From Zygnema circumcarinatum SAG 698-1b (Eukaryota; Plantae; Zygnematophyceae): 64,000 bases of DNA. The first letter of the stretch is position 1. The number at the start of each line of letters is the position of its first letter. A model generated the notes under the pieces. That model worked only from the letters and a program-made list of their open reading frames with translations, made no database searches and was not told the DNA's origin. Below are positions 12,260 through 24,598 of the stretch, in pieces. Location of the stretch: contig CM074812.1 in the NCBI GenBank assembly GCA_037447605.1, positions 124,001 through 188,000 of the forward strand, given 5' to 3'. Both the position numbers and the translations under genes were made by a program.

Positions 12260-15200
12260 TCAGTACTTAGTGTACAATACATCCTCCCAGGGGTGGCGGT
12301 ACAGCGGCTGCTTGAGCCTCTTCTGATCAAACGTGTGCCTGCAGAAGCCCAAGAACCCAGCCACAACCCCTTCCTCCATGGCATCACAAAAGGGCAAGGT
12401 TCACAAGAGTGTCTGCAGGATCCCTGACATGGTAAAGAGCAAGGCTAGAGCTTCGACAATCAATAGGGCCAGAAATGGCTCCGGCGACAAGCTTTCTGAA
12501 GCCACAGCCTGTTTAGATGACCATTTTTGGGCCAACCCTCAGCAACCATGGATACGAAAGAGCCTCAGCCGAATGCAGACCTCGTGCAGAGTCCAAGCAT
12601 TGGCTTTAGAGATACGAGGATGTAGGAAAACGAGAGAGTGTTTGCTCACCCGATGAGACCAATGCTCCGGGCCAACACAAAGAGGCCATTGAGGTAGCCA
12701 ATCTCAACAATGTCGTCCACTTCCTCTTTGGAAAACATGGCGCAGCTGTTGAGCAGATCAAGAAATAGGGCACCGATGCAGCCGTCTACATTGAGTACCA
12801 GGTTGTTGGCTTTCCGAAGAGTATAGGTCTCCACTGTCACTGCATACTCCATGTACTTCACTGATGGGAAATGTGTCCATGCGTATTTTTGCAACAACTC
12901 CACACGCTTGTCGCGATTATCACGACTCTTGATTCTGCAGATTAGTGAGAGAGAAAATGATGTGAAATGAGGCCAACTGTGCATAGCACCAGGGCTTTAA
13001 AACCGGATGGAAAAAGCTGGCATAAGACCATTGGAAGCCTTTACTTCAGCACGTGGTTGTCTTTCCAGCCAACAGACAGCATCTCCACGAAAGCAAATAC
13101 GAATTTGTCTTAAATTGGGATACTTGTCAGCAATTGAGGAGAAGGGGAGCAAACTTTGCGAGAATGGAAGATTGCCAGCTGCCAAGTTCAAACAGATGAC
13201 TTACCGATGGCCAATACCCGGTACACGAATGCCTTTCTTCTTCATGCCCTCCACAAACTCATATGGAGTCCAGCCCTGTAACAAATTTCGCCACCAACGT
13301 TTCAACCCGGGAATGGACCAGACGAAAACACTAAGACTCTGCTCAAACAGGATAGCAGTAGCTCTGCTTATTAGACCAGAGTTGACCACAAAAAAGCAAG
13401 CGCATTCACATTATGAACCTCAAGGGCAGCTGTAGATTGTCCCTAGAAACGAAGGCAAGCCACTAGAGGTGTCTATACCTTAAGCACGTCTCCAGTATGA
13501 CCCCAACTGCCACTGCAAGGGGCAAGGCTCCTCACCTTGTCACAAGCCTCTTTGAAGTAGCGCGCAGCATCATCAACAGCTCCACCAAAACGTGGACCAA
13601 TCGTGAGCAAACCTGGAAATAGCCATGCCATTATTCAGTTTCAACTACACGATTAGTCATTAGCCTTACAGGCTCTGCTCATCTGCCACTAGAGAATAAG
13701 CATAGTGTGGATGATGGTGAAGCCAAGGATGATGATACCTGACACCAGGCATGAGATCACATCCTTGCCAGCCCGCGCAGTGACAATGGTGTTGTGGGCT
13801 CCCGACACACAGGGCCCGTGGTCCGCACAGAGAACCACACACATCTGGATGTCTTCCGCCAGCCCAAGTAACAACTTAAGACCAAGTGCAACCACACAAT
13901 AGAGCGGCAGTCTTGCAGAAAACTGATCTTTCACATTGACTTACATTCTTCAACGAAACTAAGCTATGTACTTTCATTCCAGAAATGAAAGAACATAAAA
14001 ATGTGCTCCAAAAACTCCACAGGCAGAGTTCCACCACTCACTTCTATGAACTTGGTACAATATTTGGGAAGGCTGCGTTTGAACCACAAGAGAGAAATCA
14101 CATCTCCCACTCCATAGTCTTTTTCAATAATTGTAGACATGGGCACCCCCGCATATGTTGGCTCCTCTCCTGTATCCAGCAGCCGAAAACCCTGAAACCA
14201 TTGAGATCACACTCAAAGCACCACAGACAAAGCCACTGCACTCATCCATTACCAGGAGCAAGAGAAATACTCCATGGATTTTTTTCCTAGTCGGTTCCAA
14301 ACGAACCTGAAAACTAATTGTAGAGTTCGAAACACAAGGATAATGAAAACTTTTGTGAGTACGCAGTATTATGTAACATGACCATTTTTACAAAAGTAAT
14401 ACGTTAAGCTCCAGCTTCCTACTGTACCTCGATCATCACATATTGTGGAGACAATGTGTGTGGGTGCTCGAACCCGTCCTGACTTGATTGCAACACTGAG
14501 GTCTTCGGGTACTTTCGGCGGTACTACTTCTTTCACAGGCTGTGCCACGCCCTCTTCCACCTGCAATAAACCCATCATATTAATTGGTCCGCTAATCAGA
14601 AATAAAAAATCTCATCATTACTATTCCAATCTAGGGCACCGCATTTTATGGAATTCGTTTCAGAATGAACTCCTTGTCGAAAAAAATGGGGGAAGGCAAG
14701 TTGTGCATGAAATGACTGCAAAGGAAGGAAACACTCTTTAATAAAACAGACCAGCTGTGAGCAAGGATGTTCGTTGATACTTTTAGGCGAATGACTCTTC
14801 AGAGGATGGCGCAGATGAAGAAACAGCACTTAGAAAAAGCTTGATGGCCTTTGAAAATATCAGTGCCACACTCACCAAACGGCCAAATGTGGTTTTGATG
14901 ACTGCCTCCAAATCTTCAAACGACGTGGGCACAATAGCTCCTGCCTCCTGCAAGGCCCTGTTTTTTGCTTGTGCAGACTCCATTTCTCCTCCACTCTTGG
15001 CACCCTGAAATCCTCCCTCAAATTATTAATAATATTAGGGGACTTGTGCTTTTTTGGATTCAATCACACTATATTCACCCAATGTCATACCTGTGATGTG
15101 GTTGTTTTATTATCTTTTTGTTTCGTTCCTACCCTTACGATAAAAAGGTAGCTGGCAAGAAAAAAATTGTTCCGCTCCTTAGGTTGGCAGCGGATACCAA

Positions 15201-18200
15201 AAGACTTCAAACCCGCAACCCCCAATAAGGGCCAAAAGCACACTCACCGCATGGCCGAACTGCACTTCTGATTTAAAAAGTGTGGCACACGTCCCGCTCA
15301 CCCAAGCCACCACTGGCTTTTGGACTCGGCCTTCCTTAAGGGCCTCCACGAGGGAATACTCATCGCGACCGCCCAATTCTCCAAGCACCACTATCATTTT
15401 TACCTACACATTCAACAAAACCTTGCGAAAACATTCAATGGCCACACTCTATCGTCACCCTACGTATTGAGGATTGACGCTTACGAGGAGATATTAGCAT
15501 GCAAGGCAGACTCTCACTTAAGCAATTTACAGCATATGCAGACCGATTGGGGTGCAAACAAGAAGGACAAAAAATGGACACGCGACAACAATCGATGCAA
15601 AACATGCTCCATTTAAGCACCTGCGGGATGTTATTGAAGCGTAGCACATGGTCTGAAAGAGTTGAGCCTGGAAAGACATCTCCACCGATGGCGATTCCTG
15701 TCATCATCCTCACACAACCCCCTCAGCCCCAACCCACACACCAAGGAAAACCCTAGCTCGATTTACTTTGTATGCCATACAACCACACCACCAGGAGCCA
15801 ACAAATATCAGTGTTTCAAATTACGTGTCCTGCGCAAAGGGTGTGTACCTTCGTAAAGACCGTCCGTGACACGAGCCAGCACGTTATACAACTCATTCGA
15901 CATTCCTCCCTGCACTTTGCAATCGTTTCCTTTTGTCAGATGTAGATTTCCCTGCCCTTTACTCATGAAGGCAGCCATATCTTTGGCAGGTAATCCACGA
16001 AGGCACAAAACAGTTTCGAAGCCAGTCAAGATCCCACAGAAAACAAACACGCGTTCAATCCTCACTAAAGGAATGACGCCAAACGGATACTATCCTTCAT
16101 CTTAAAGACAGCAAAAGATCGCCAGCATTTCAAGATGTCATCTGAAGCCCATGAGCTCCCTAGACATCTTTCAAGCCATTCTGAGACTCTACAGTTTGTG
16201 AGAAAGGTTATGGAGCATTCCTTGTATCAGTCTGTCCTGTACAGCATACTTCGGATGAATGGATTTCATCCTAATAGAAATTCATAAAAGCGCCTAAATT
16301 TCATCGTGATAGAGATCCAGAAGTAAAGAACGAAATAAGTTCATCCTTCCTGTGTCAATTGCAGAAGATGCCCCATGGTTGCACAAGGACAGCTAAGACT
16401 GTTGCCTTCGAAATTAAAATCCTAAATAATTGAAAATAGAATACAGAACATAACAAAAACCAAAACCAAAACTGTATCTTATCCTTGGATAGCTCCTCAC
16501 CGACTTTGAGACGAAACCGACAGAGCCGGGCCGGTAGAGTTTGCAATGAATGATGTTGTCCAAGGTCCCAGCAGTGTCACCAATCTTGAAAGCACCAGCT
16601 TGAATGCCTCCTACTGTGGCCGGCCCAATAACGACCTGGAGTACAGAATGAAAGGAGGAGCAGGTTAGAACTTTTAGGATATGTATTGACATTCTTAAGC
16701 AGTTCGCACATACATTGCTCATCCAATGTCATTTCAAATGTGAGGTTTCAAGTTCCATGGAGGTTTTTTACCGAATGGAAATGAATTCCTGCCCAAAGTC
16801 GTGATATATGCTTGAACTTTGAACTTATCACGGGCTGGACTACGGCTTAATTCTTGTTCATAGTGGACAATTCTGCCCACGTGCTCCAAGCACTCATGCT
16901 TCTTGATCCTTTAGTTTGTGTGACATATGATCGCAGCTGTTACATCAAGTTGGAAGAGTCTTGGCAAGACTACTTATTTCTGATCGAGCAATACTAGAGG
17001 AAATAAGTGATTTTTACAGCTAAAAAAGACTCTCCTCATCTCTATTTATTTGCTTGGACATAAACGGCAGAAACGCACATCCAACACTCAGCTCCTCGAA
17101 CACTGGACGTGCCAAATCTTACAAGAACAGGCCAGCTTATAAGAGTGGAAATAGCCCTATGCATATCAGATTTGCATATCTTCAAATCAGAGGGACTATC
17201 TATGTCAGACCCTGTTACCTTGTTGTTTGCCAGGGCATAAGCAATGAGCTTCTTCGTGTCTGCTTCTGGGACTCCTTCAGCAATAATTGCCACCACACGG
17301 ATTGTGGGCTGCTGTAACGCTTCGTAAGAAGCAGCAAAGGCACTGCCAGGAAGGGATTCGACATTGGATAGAGTACACGTGAAGAACCGCAGGAGGAAAG
17401 TGACAAAGAGGTGAATGGAAAATGGTGAATGCTTTTGATATAGGCTTTAAACTTGCACAGGACTCCTAAACTACCATTAATTTATGGTTCAAATGCCACG
17501 TTATTTTCCTTCATCGTAAACATGTCAATGACAGCTGGCAGGAGTAACGATGCAGTGATGAAGGAGTATTGACTTTGATTTGATTAGATATTGACATGTA
17601 CTTCAAAGTTTGGATCCAATAAAAGTTCCCAGTTGAAAGGGAAAACAAGACTGTGTAGAGCCTAATTATACCAGCTATTAAGAATGGATGGAAAATGGAG
17701 ATAAACACCTTCGGAAAGAAGCAAAGTTGATGAACACATCCGCTGTTGGATGGGCTTTGCAAGCTGCAGAAATGCTGCATCCCACTCCCAACGATGTTCG
17801 AAATGTACCTTTAATGATTGCCTTCGACGAAACTTGCTAAATTGCAGCTTCGTTATCATCAGCAGTAAGAGATTTAAATACTTAATGCATAAGAAAATCG
17901 AAAAAACCTTGATGCAATATCTAATTCTGATGTGCAAAACACAATCTGGAGAAAATCATGCACAAAAGGACGAAAACGATCAATCGTGCAGAGCTGCAGC
18001 ACGCTGTCGACTTGCTGACATCCTCATTTCCTTTTTCTTCACATTGCAGCACCCTTTAAGGAACTCTGTCTCACCCGCCATGGACAGGAATAGCGATCTC
18101 CTCTTGGCCAAAGAACAATTTCTGGAAACCGTCTGAGCCTGGGTTAACTATTCCTGCCACTGATGGAGTCGTTCTTCCTGTCAGACGACACAGTTGACAT

Positions 18201-18658
18201 GAATTGACGTCAGCCATTGAGCATGCTTGGATGCCAGGGAACTACTATAGCCTGCAATCAACGTTTCCCTTCTACGATATCTCTTTACACGGAGCTCAGA
18301 TCGACCAGCAGGAATCGTCAAAACTCATTCCTAAATCAATGCTGTGATTGCTGTGAACGTTTCAGGTCAAAGGTTCCCTTTCTGATACAGACGAGTTCCG
18401 ACAGAAGGATAAGCTAATGAAACAATGTCTCAAGGCCTGCATTTTAACCAATGTTAATGTGACCAAGCTTCTGTAGTACTGCTCGCCGCATTACAATTCA
18501 GCCAGCACCCTGCTTAAATTAAGAGGCCGAGACTCGATGAAGCTGAGTGGCAGCTGACCGCAGAGGAAATCGAAGTCCAGCATGCGCTGTACTGGACTCT
18601 GCTTAAAGTTGTAGAAGAGAGCTTGAGTGGATGACGAGAACAGCTGACCGGATGCCAT
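12260..18658 (-). CDS. ACLB: ATP-citrate lyase subunit B (beta chain), multi-exon
   Basis: [124 protein letters not shown] and the C-terminus [12 protein letters not shown]. Confidence 0.97.
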
Positions 18659-19799
18659 TTCAGCACGATCAACTGCGCGCGGACAACTGCTGTCGTAACC
18701 AGGAACGTTTCAATTCAAATCTTCCGACTCAAAAAACGAAAGGAAAACAAGGCAGAAAAAAAAAAAGTCTGCCAAACGGTGCCAGCCAGCTGCTTCCTTC
18801 CTTCTTTCCTTCCCCTTCCTCGTCACCGCGTTGTCCGTTCGTGTCCGAGAATGCACGATCTACGAAATGTCCGATCTGATCTGTCTATCTGACTACCCGA
18901 GGGGCTGGATGATCGGCGGAACCGTATTCTTCCGGCGGCAGCAGCAGCAGCAAGTGTTGTGTCTGTGAGTGCTGCCTGCCTGCCGGTACTACTGCAGACG
19001 CGCTCTCCCTCTCTCTCTCGGGCCCGGCCCTACCGAGGGCGCGCCCGTACCTACCACACGGCAAAAGTCGCCCGCCAGGCCCGGCCAGAGCCCGCCAGGG
19101 GCCGGTCGGTCGGTCGATCGGCCTCGCCTTTGCCAACGACCACTGCCTGCCTGCCGTACAGTATACCCGCCCATGTATGGTATAGTATGGTATGGCATGG
19201 CATGGGCGTTCCCTCACAACGGCACCTGTGCTGTGCTGTATGGCAAGTAGAAGAGTGCTGCAGGAGTGAGTACAGGGTATGGCGGTCTGCTTTAGGAGGG
19301 GCAGGCGTTCTTCTAGAATTTGAGGGGCAGTGGCGATATGGATGCATTGGTTCTCAAGTTATGGAGGATCGTTTAGCAGGGGGCGATGGTTTGGTTTACC
19401 CGCTTAGGACCTTACAAATGACTACAGAGTGCCCGCAGTCGGCCAGAAGTCAGCCGCTGCTAAGTGTTGAGAGCATGAATAAGAAAGCAGAGCAAGCGGG
19501 ACAAGAGCACACTTTTCCATCATTAAAGTCGAGGCAACATTTTGATAGATGAATGCTCCCTGTCGTCCATGTAAAACAGCGGAGACAGTGATGGAGGCAT
19601 TCTTGCAGAGCCATTTGATTGTCAGATGAAGAATAGAGTTACAACCGAATATTGAACCAAACAGACAGAACCTGGAAAAGTATAAATCAGACTGGACACC
19701 CAAACAGACTACCACTGCTTCTATCAACACCTTTCCTGTACATGACGAAACCCTCTTTCTCTACGCTCCTATTGTGCTGAGCACCACTTCGTCGTCAAA

Positions 19800-21387
19800 T
19801 TACCTCAAAATCTCCTGCACCAGAAAGTTCGAGAAAGAGATTGTCGCGAAAGCAACGGCAGATGACGGTATTGCGAAAAAAACTGACGTCAGGAAATACA
19901 AAGCAAGGGCGAACCCACTAATTGGGAGAATGAAAATGATAAGGAACGCCAGGATACAGATAAGTGGCAGTTTCCTCAGTAGGCGCAGACCAAAGCCAAT
20001 TCCTAGCAGAGCACCGTCAAGGAAAATTAGAAAGATTGAACTTATGCTCTGGGGCTGGCCAGCTCCTCCCCTTCGAATTATCTGCATCTGGCCGGAATGG
20101 CCTGCATGAGAAATCCGCAATCGCCGTGATTCTCCGGATAAAGCACCTTCCATCCCTCCCTCCGCGTCCCCTGCTTGCTGTGAAGCGGAGCTTCCCCCTC
20201 TCCGTTGAATAGTAGCAGGCCGATCAGAAGGCTTCGCACGTTTTGTCTTTCCCATTGGCGACTTCTGCTTTTCCTTTTCCGGAAGCGGCGCTGGTGGGGA
20301 TGGTCTGATGGTATCGAGAACCCACATCTAGCAAAAACAGCAGTGCACGTCCAGAATATCGTGAGTCCCACAAGCCAATCTAGAAAAGGTTTTGTAGCAA
20401 GTACTCATAAGTGCCATTAGAATAAGAGAGCGCCAAGACCATCAATGCCAGGTCCTTCTCTCCTTCTCCTTTTGCATTTCCCGCTCCTCTGGGGCAGAGG
20501 AAAAGAGGAAGGGGAATCCTTTCTCGCAAAAAATCAGCTCAAGTGAACAGGGAGTTACTCGCATCTTCGCAGCTGGCAATGCATCAAGATGAGTATTGAA
20601 ACAAGCCAACATTGAGCTGCAAGGAAGGAGAGTCTGGAATGAAATAATCGTACCAAAGAGTAATTCTTGCACGGATACGCCAAAGAACCCTTCCATGTGA
20701 AGCGCGGGGTGACCCATTGACACCACGGACAGGGAATGAGAAATGGAACGTGGAAAGACCAAGTTGGAATCCACGTGCAGGTGGCTGAAGGAAGTCCATT
20801 CACACACTCTCGACATAAACTATGGCCACACCACAACGAATGCGGCGAATTCGCTGAATTATTGAAGCTTTCCTGCATTCAACACAAGAAGCACGTTTCT
20901 AAAAACCATGCCTTCCTGACAGCCACTTCCCTAACGCACGCCATGAGAAATTTCCCACTACCCATCGTTTCTGCCTGCGGAAATAACTAACAGAAACATG
21001 CCGAGCTACGACAGAGAATTCCCTGTCTCCTGCACAACCACTGTCCTGTCGCGCTATCCTCATGAATCCGGACCCCGCCGGTCCCTACCATAAAACTGAA
21101 AAACAAGATGTCTGAAGAGATCCCCCTTCGCACACGTCGTCTAGGGGTTGAAAGGGAAAGCGTACCCAGCAGACGATACACTCCACGCCCTCGCCAGCAG
21201 TGCAGCCCGGCGGGCGGGCACGCAGGTTCAGCCCTAACGCCGCCATAGCGAGGGCGGGTCGGGCGGGCAGCGGCTGCACGGGCGCGGTGGGCGAAACGGG
21301 AGCCATGGTGGGATGCCGCTGAGAGCTCCCCTCCCCGCGCTCGCTCACAGCTCCCTCATGGCTGCCCTCCCTCCGCCTTCCACCCAT
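19800..21387 (-). CDS. Plant RING-HC zinc-finger protein with C-terminal transmembrane segments (putative E3 ligase); 3 exons
   Basis: ECIVCW|ESFN..SPHSLWCGHSLCRECV..PCPWC..YPCKNYSL|MWV, then the hydrophobic RKLPLICILAFLIIFILPISGFALALYFLTSVFFAIPSS. Confidence 0.85.
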
Positions 21388-21694
21388 GGCGCCGCCCCTG
21401 CACCTGCGCCCCCTTTCCGTGTGTCAGAGTTCTCTGTCACAGCTACCGTTATTTCAAAACTGAGGCTCGGTGACGTTTCAGCGACATCCACTGCGACAAA
21501 GTTTAGGCGACGCCTACATCATTGTACGAATGATGTCTGCATGAATTACATCACTTTTTGAATGATGTCTGCTTAAATTACATCTGTGAAAATGTAGGCG
21601 TGCACTACATCACGCAGGGCAGTGTCAACATCACTTTGGGCGACGGCCGTTCCTGAAGGGAGCTGTTTCTGCACCGCAGCGGAGAGTAGGAGCC

Positions 21695-23704
21695 ATGGCG
21701 GCCATGGCGGGAGGGGGAGGCAGCGCCCCCTACTGGTGCTACAACTGCCGGAGGGAGGTTACCAGCGGGGCTGAAAGGGAAGGGGACTCGGCGGTGTGCG
21801 CTGTCTGCGGAAGCGGCTTTATTGAGGACCTGCGGACCGCAGAGCTGCAGCCGACGGTTGCGAGACGGCGGGAAAGAGCGAGGGAGGTGCAAGGGAATTT
21901 CGGCCGCGCGACGGAGGACCTTCGAGCCATTCTGCAGTCGCTAGGGCAGATGCAGCCCGAGGAGCTTCGTCAACTGGCCAGAGGAGAGCGGGTTGTTAGC
22001 GCGGAAGTCCTGCAAAGACTGGGCTTGATGGAACCTTTTTCTTCAGAAGGCAACGGTGATGCTGGTGGCGGGGGCGTGGGACAGAGAATTCAGCAAGTGC
22101 AGTCGTCTTCTCGTAATGAGTCTGAGAGCACGGGTGGAGTGGATGGGCAACATGCTCTTTCTGAGAACAGCGAGCCTGTCAGTGCTTTGAATGAGGCAAA
22201 CGGGAATGTTTCAGGAGAAGGGGAGAGCTCCGAAGGAACGAATGTTTCATTATCGGTCGACGGTAATCAGGGAAGAGAAATACGGAACGAGGAGGAAGAA
22301 GCTGCACAGGCGCTGCCTGCTCTTTCGGAAGACCTCGAGAACCGTCTGGAAATGATGGAGCAGGCTTTTGCTGCTGACAGTTGGGAACTAACTTCTGGCG
22401 ATGAAGACGATGAAGAAGACGAGTGGGAGGAGTGGGTTGAAGGGGAACAGGATGAGGAGGAGGAGGAGGAGCAGGACAGAGCAGAAAGCGGCTCGGTAAA
22501 TGAAGGCGAGGATGAAGACAGTGACGGTCCGGCCCTTGGAGATGATGAAAATGACCAGGACTATGAGGTCGAGGTTGAAGTGGAGGTGGACGTCGAGAGC
22601 CGACAGTTGGAAGTGGAAGACAGACAACGAACTCGTGGAATTTCTCAGGGTGCCCGTGAAAGAGATGGAGGAATTGATTTTGCAGCAACTTTGCAGCAGT
22701 TACTCCAGAATTTGGAAGTTAGGGTTGATAGGGTACGAGAAATTGTCATGGTAGGGAACGCGGGCGGCATGTACATCGGAAATCCAGGAGATTACCTTGA
22801 TGCCCAGGGGTTTGAGACCTTTGTTCAACATATGGCTGCTAATGACAATTCTTGGAGGGGCCCACCACCTGCGTCGAAGGCCGCCATCGATGAATTGGTA
22901 ACAGTTCTTGTTAATGAAGCACACGTGAGCAGTGGAGTGTCGCTGTGTGCTATTTGCAAAGATACAGCAGAAGTCGGAGCACTGCTAGTGGAGATGCCAT
23001 GCTCACATCTCTACCATGGTGATTGTATTAAGCAGTGGTTATCAACCAGAAATTCGTGCCCGGTGTGCCGGTTTGAACTACCAACTGATGACCAGGATTA
23101 TGAAGAGCAGCGTCGGTCAAGAGAAAGTCGGCGAAGAGGTGACGTAACTGCAGGGAATCGTGATCGACACCTTCCAGGTGACGGAGCGCCTGGAGAGGCG
23201 GGCAGAAGCGAAAATGAGATAGAGGGTGAAAATGATTCAAGCACAACTTTTTCATCACGTGTCCCAGCTAATACAGGAAACGAAAGTCATCGCAACCGTG
23301 ACGTAAATGTCTTAACTGTGTCCCACACTGTTGTGGATGATAATCAAGTTCAGGAACATTTTTTTGTGGATGATAATCAAGTTCAGGAACATTTTTCCGA
23401 ACAGATGACAGAGGAACTCAGCTCGACAGACTCAGATGGACGACTTCCTACCGGGGAGCACTCCGATGCGGAAGCTATCCCTCGCGATGGAGCCTTGATA
23501 GGAGTGCGACGCAACAGTCTACTTGATGTCGTTGGCCGTGTTTTGCAACTTGGAGGGTTTTTTCTTGCTCTGTATATTGGACATCGGTTGGGCCGCTCTG
23601 CTCATTCCGAAGAAGATCATTCACTTTTTTCCGGGAATTCATTACCTGCACGACACGGGGAGGGGGGAGCTCCCAATTTTAGGGACAGATATTCTGCAGA
23701 TTGA
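21695..23704 (+). CDS. RING-H2 E3 ubiquitin ligase with an N-terminal zinc ribbon (CIP8/BTL/RNF126-like); single exon, 669 aa
   Basis: N-terminal YWCYNC...CAVCGSGFIE, acidic middle, GNPGDY, PPPASK, and the RING-H2 CAICKD..MPCSHLYHGDCIKQWLSTRNSCPVCRFELPTDD. Confidence 0.93.
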   Translation: MAAMAGGGGSAPYWCYNCRREVTSGAEREGDSAVCAVCGSGFIEDLRTAELQPTVARRRERAREVQGNFGRATEDLRAILQSLGQMQPEELRQLARGERVVSAEVLQRLGLMEPFSSEGNGDAGGGGVGQRIQQVQSSSRNESESTGGVDGQHALSENSEPVSALNEANGNVSGEGESSEGTNVSLSVDGNQGREIRNEEEEAAQALPALSEDLENRLEMMEQAFAADSWELTSGDEDDEEDEWEEWVEGEQDEEEEEEQDRAESGSVNEGEDEDSDGPALGDDENDQDYEVEVEVEVDVESRQLEVEDRQRTRGISQGARERDGGIDFAATLQQLLQNLEVRVDRVREIVMVGNAGGMYIGNPGDYLDAQGFETFVQHMAANDNSWRGPPPASKAAIDELVTVLVNEAHVSSGVSLCAICKDTAEVGALLVEMPCSHLYHGDCIKQWLSTRNSCPVCRFELPTDDQDYEEQRRSRESRRRGDVTAGNRDRHLPGDGAPGEAGRSENEIEGENDSSTTFSSRVPANTGNESHRNRDVNVLTVSHTVVDDNQVQEHFFVDDNQVQEHFSEQMTEELSSTDSDGRLPTGEHSDAEAIPRDGALIGVRRNSLLDVVGRVLQLGGFFLALYIGHRLGRSAHSEEDHSLFSGNSLPARHGEGGAPNFRDRYSAD

Positions 23705-24598
23705 GCAGCGAAGAGTCCCCTTTATTTTTTCATTCTGAGCCTGCCGTATAGAAGTTTTTACCGACGCAATTTTGTACATAGCAGTACTATGTCAGTAGTC
23801 GCTCCTAACTTGGTCCTTTTTCTGTAGCCAATGCTCTTTATTTTTTTTTTGCGTATGGACACACCTTGCAAGAGTCGTGGTGCTGCTGAAAGAGAGTAGA
23901 GTACCTTGCCTCTCCGGAAGGGCTTTCGCAGAATTGATTCAAGTTCCTCTATTGTCAAACAAACACTACATGAGGTCAACTTGACTTGACAACTGTTTTC
24001 TGGAATGAGAGTATTTGATCCTTCCAAGTCTGAGCTCCGCCTTCCAAGAGGTGCTTAAGCTTGCAAATGAATATTTTTTGGCGCAAGCCTTAACTAGTGG
24101 CATCTCTACCTCTCTTTCTCTCCAGCTCACTTTCTCCCTCCCACCCTCTTCCCCCCTCACCCTTTCCCTCTCCCTCTCGCTCTTCCCTCTTCCTTCCCCC
24201 AATTATGTGAAAGATGAGATGATGAGGTTGTCACAAATTGTTGCAACACTTTATGCAGATGATTGCCAAAAGTCACACTGACACGCCAAAGATTATCGCA
24301 ATTGTTTGTATTGTGAAAATTCGTCGTTAGTATAAAGACAGCTTGAGCGTCTGATTCAACCACACCGAGGACCGGTGAGTCTGTTTGACGAATGTAAACA
24401 TGCTTACATTCAGTTCAACATTTCTACAACTGTACACAACTAACGCGGAACTGCTGATTCCACATGGAACTGCAGAACCGACACGATGGACTGCAGGTGC
24501 CGCGCCTATTAAAGCCTTTCTATGGCAAGTTGCAGTAAAATTTTAGCCATCTGCAGGTCGCAGTTGGAACCTATTTCTAAGAAACACTCTCGCAAGCC

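Noticed and set aside
21528-21590. Box C/D snoRNA
   Set aside because: The motif is TGATGT rather than the box C TGATGA, and there is no suitably placed CTGA box D.
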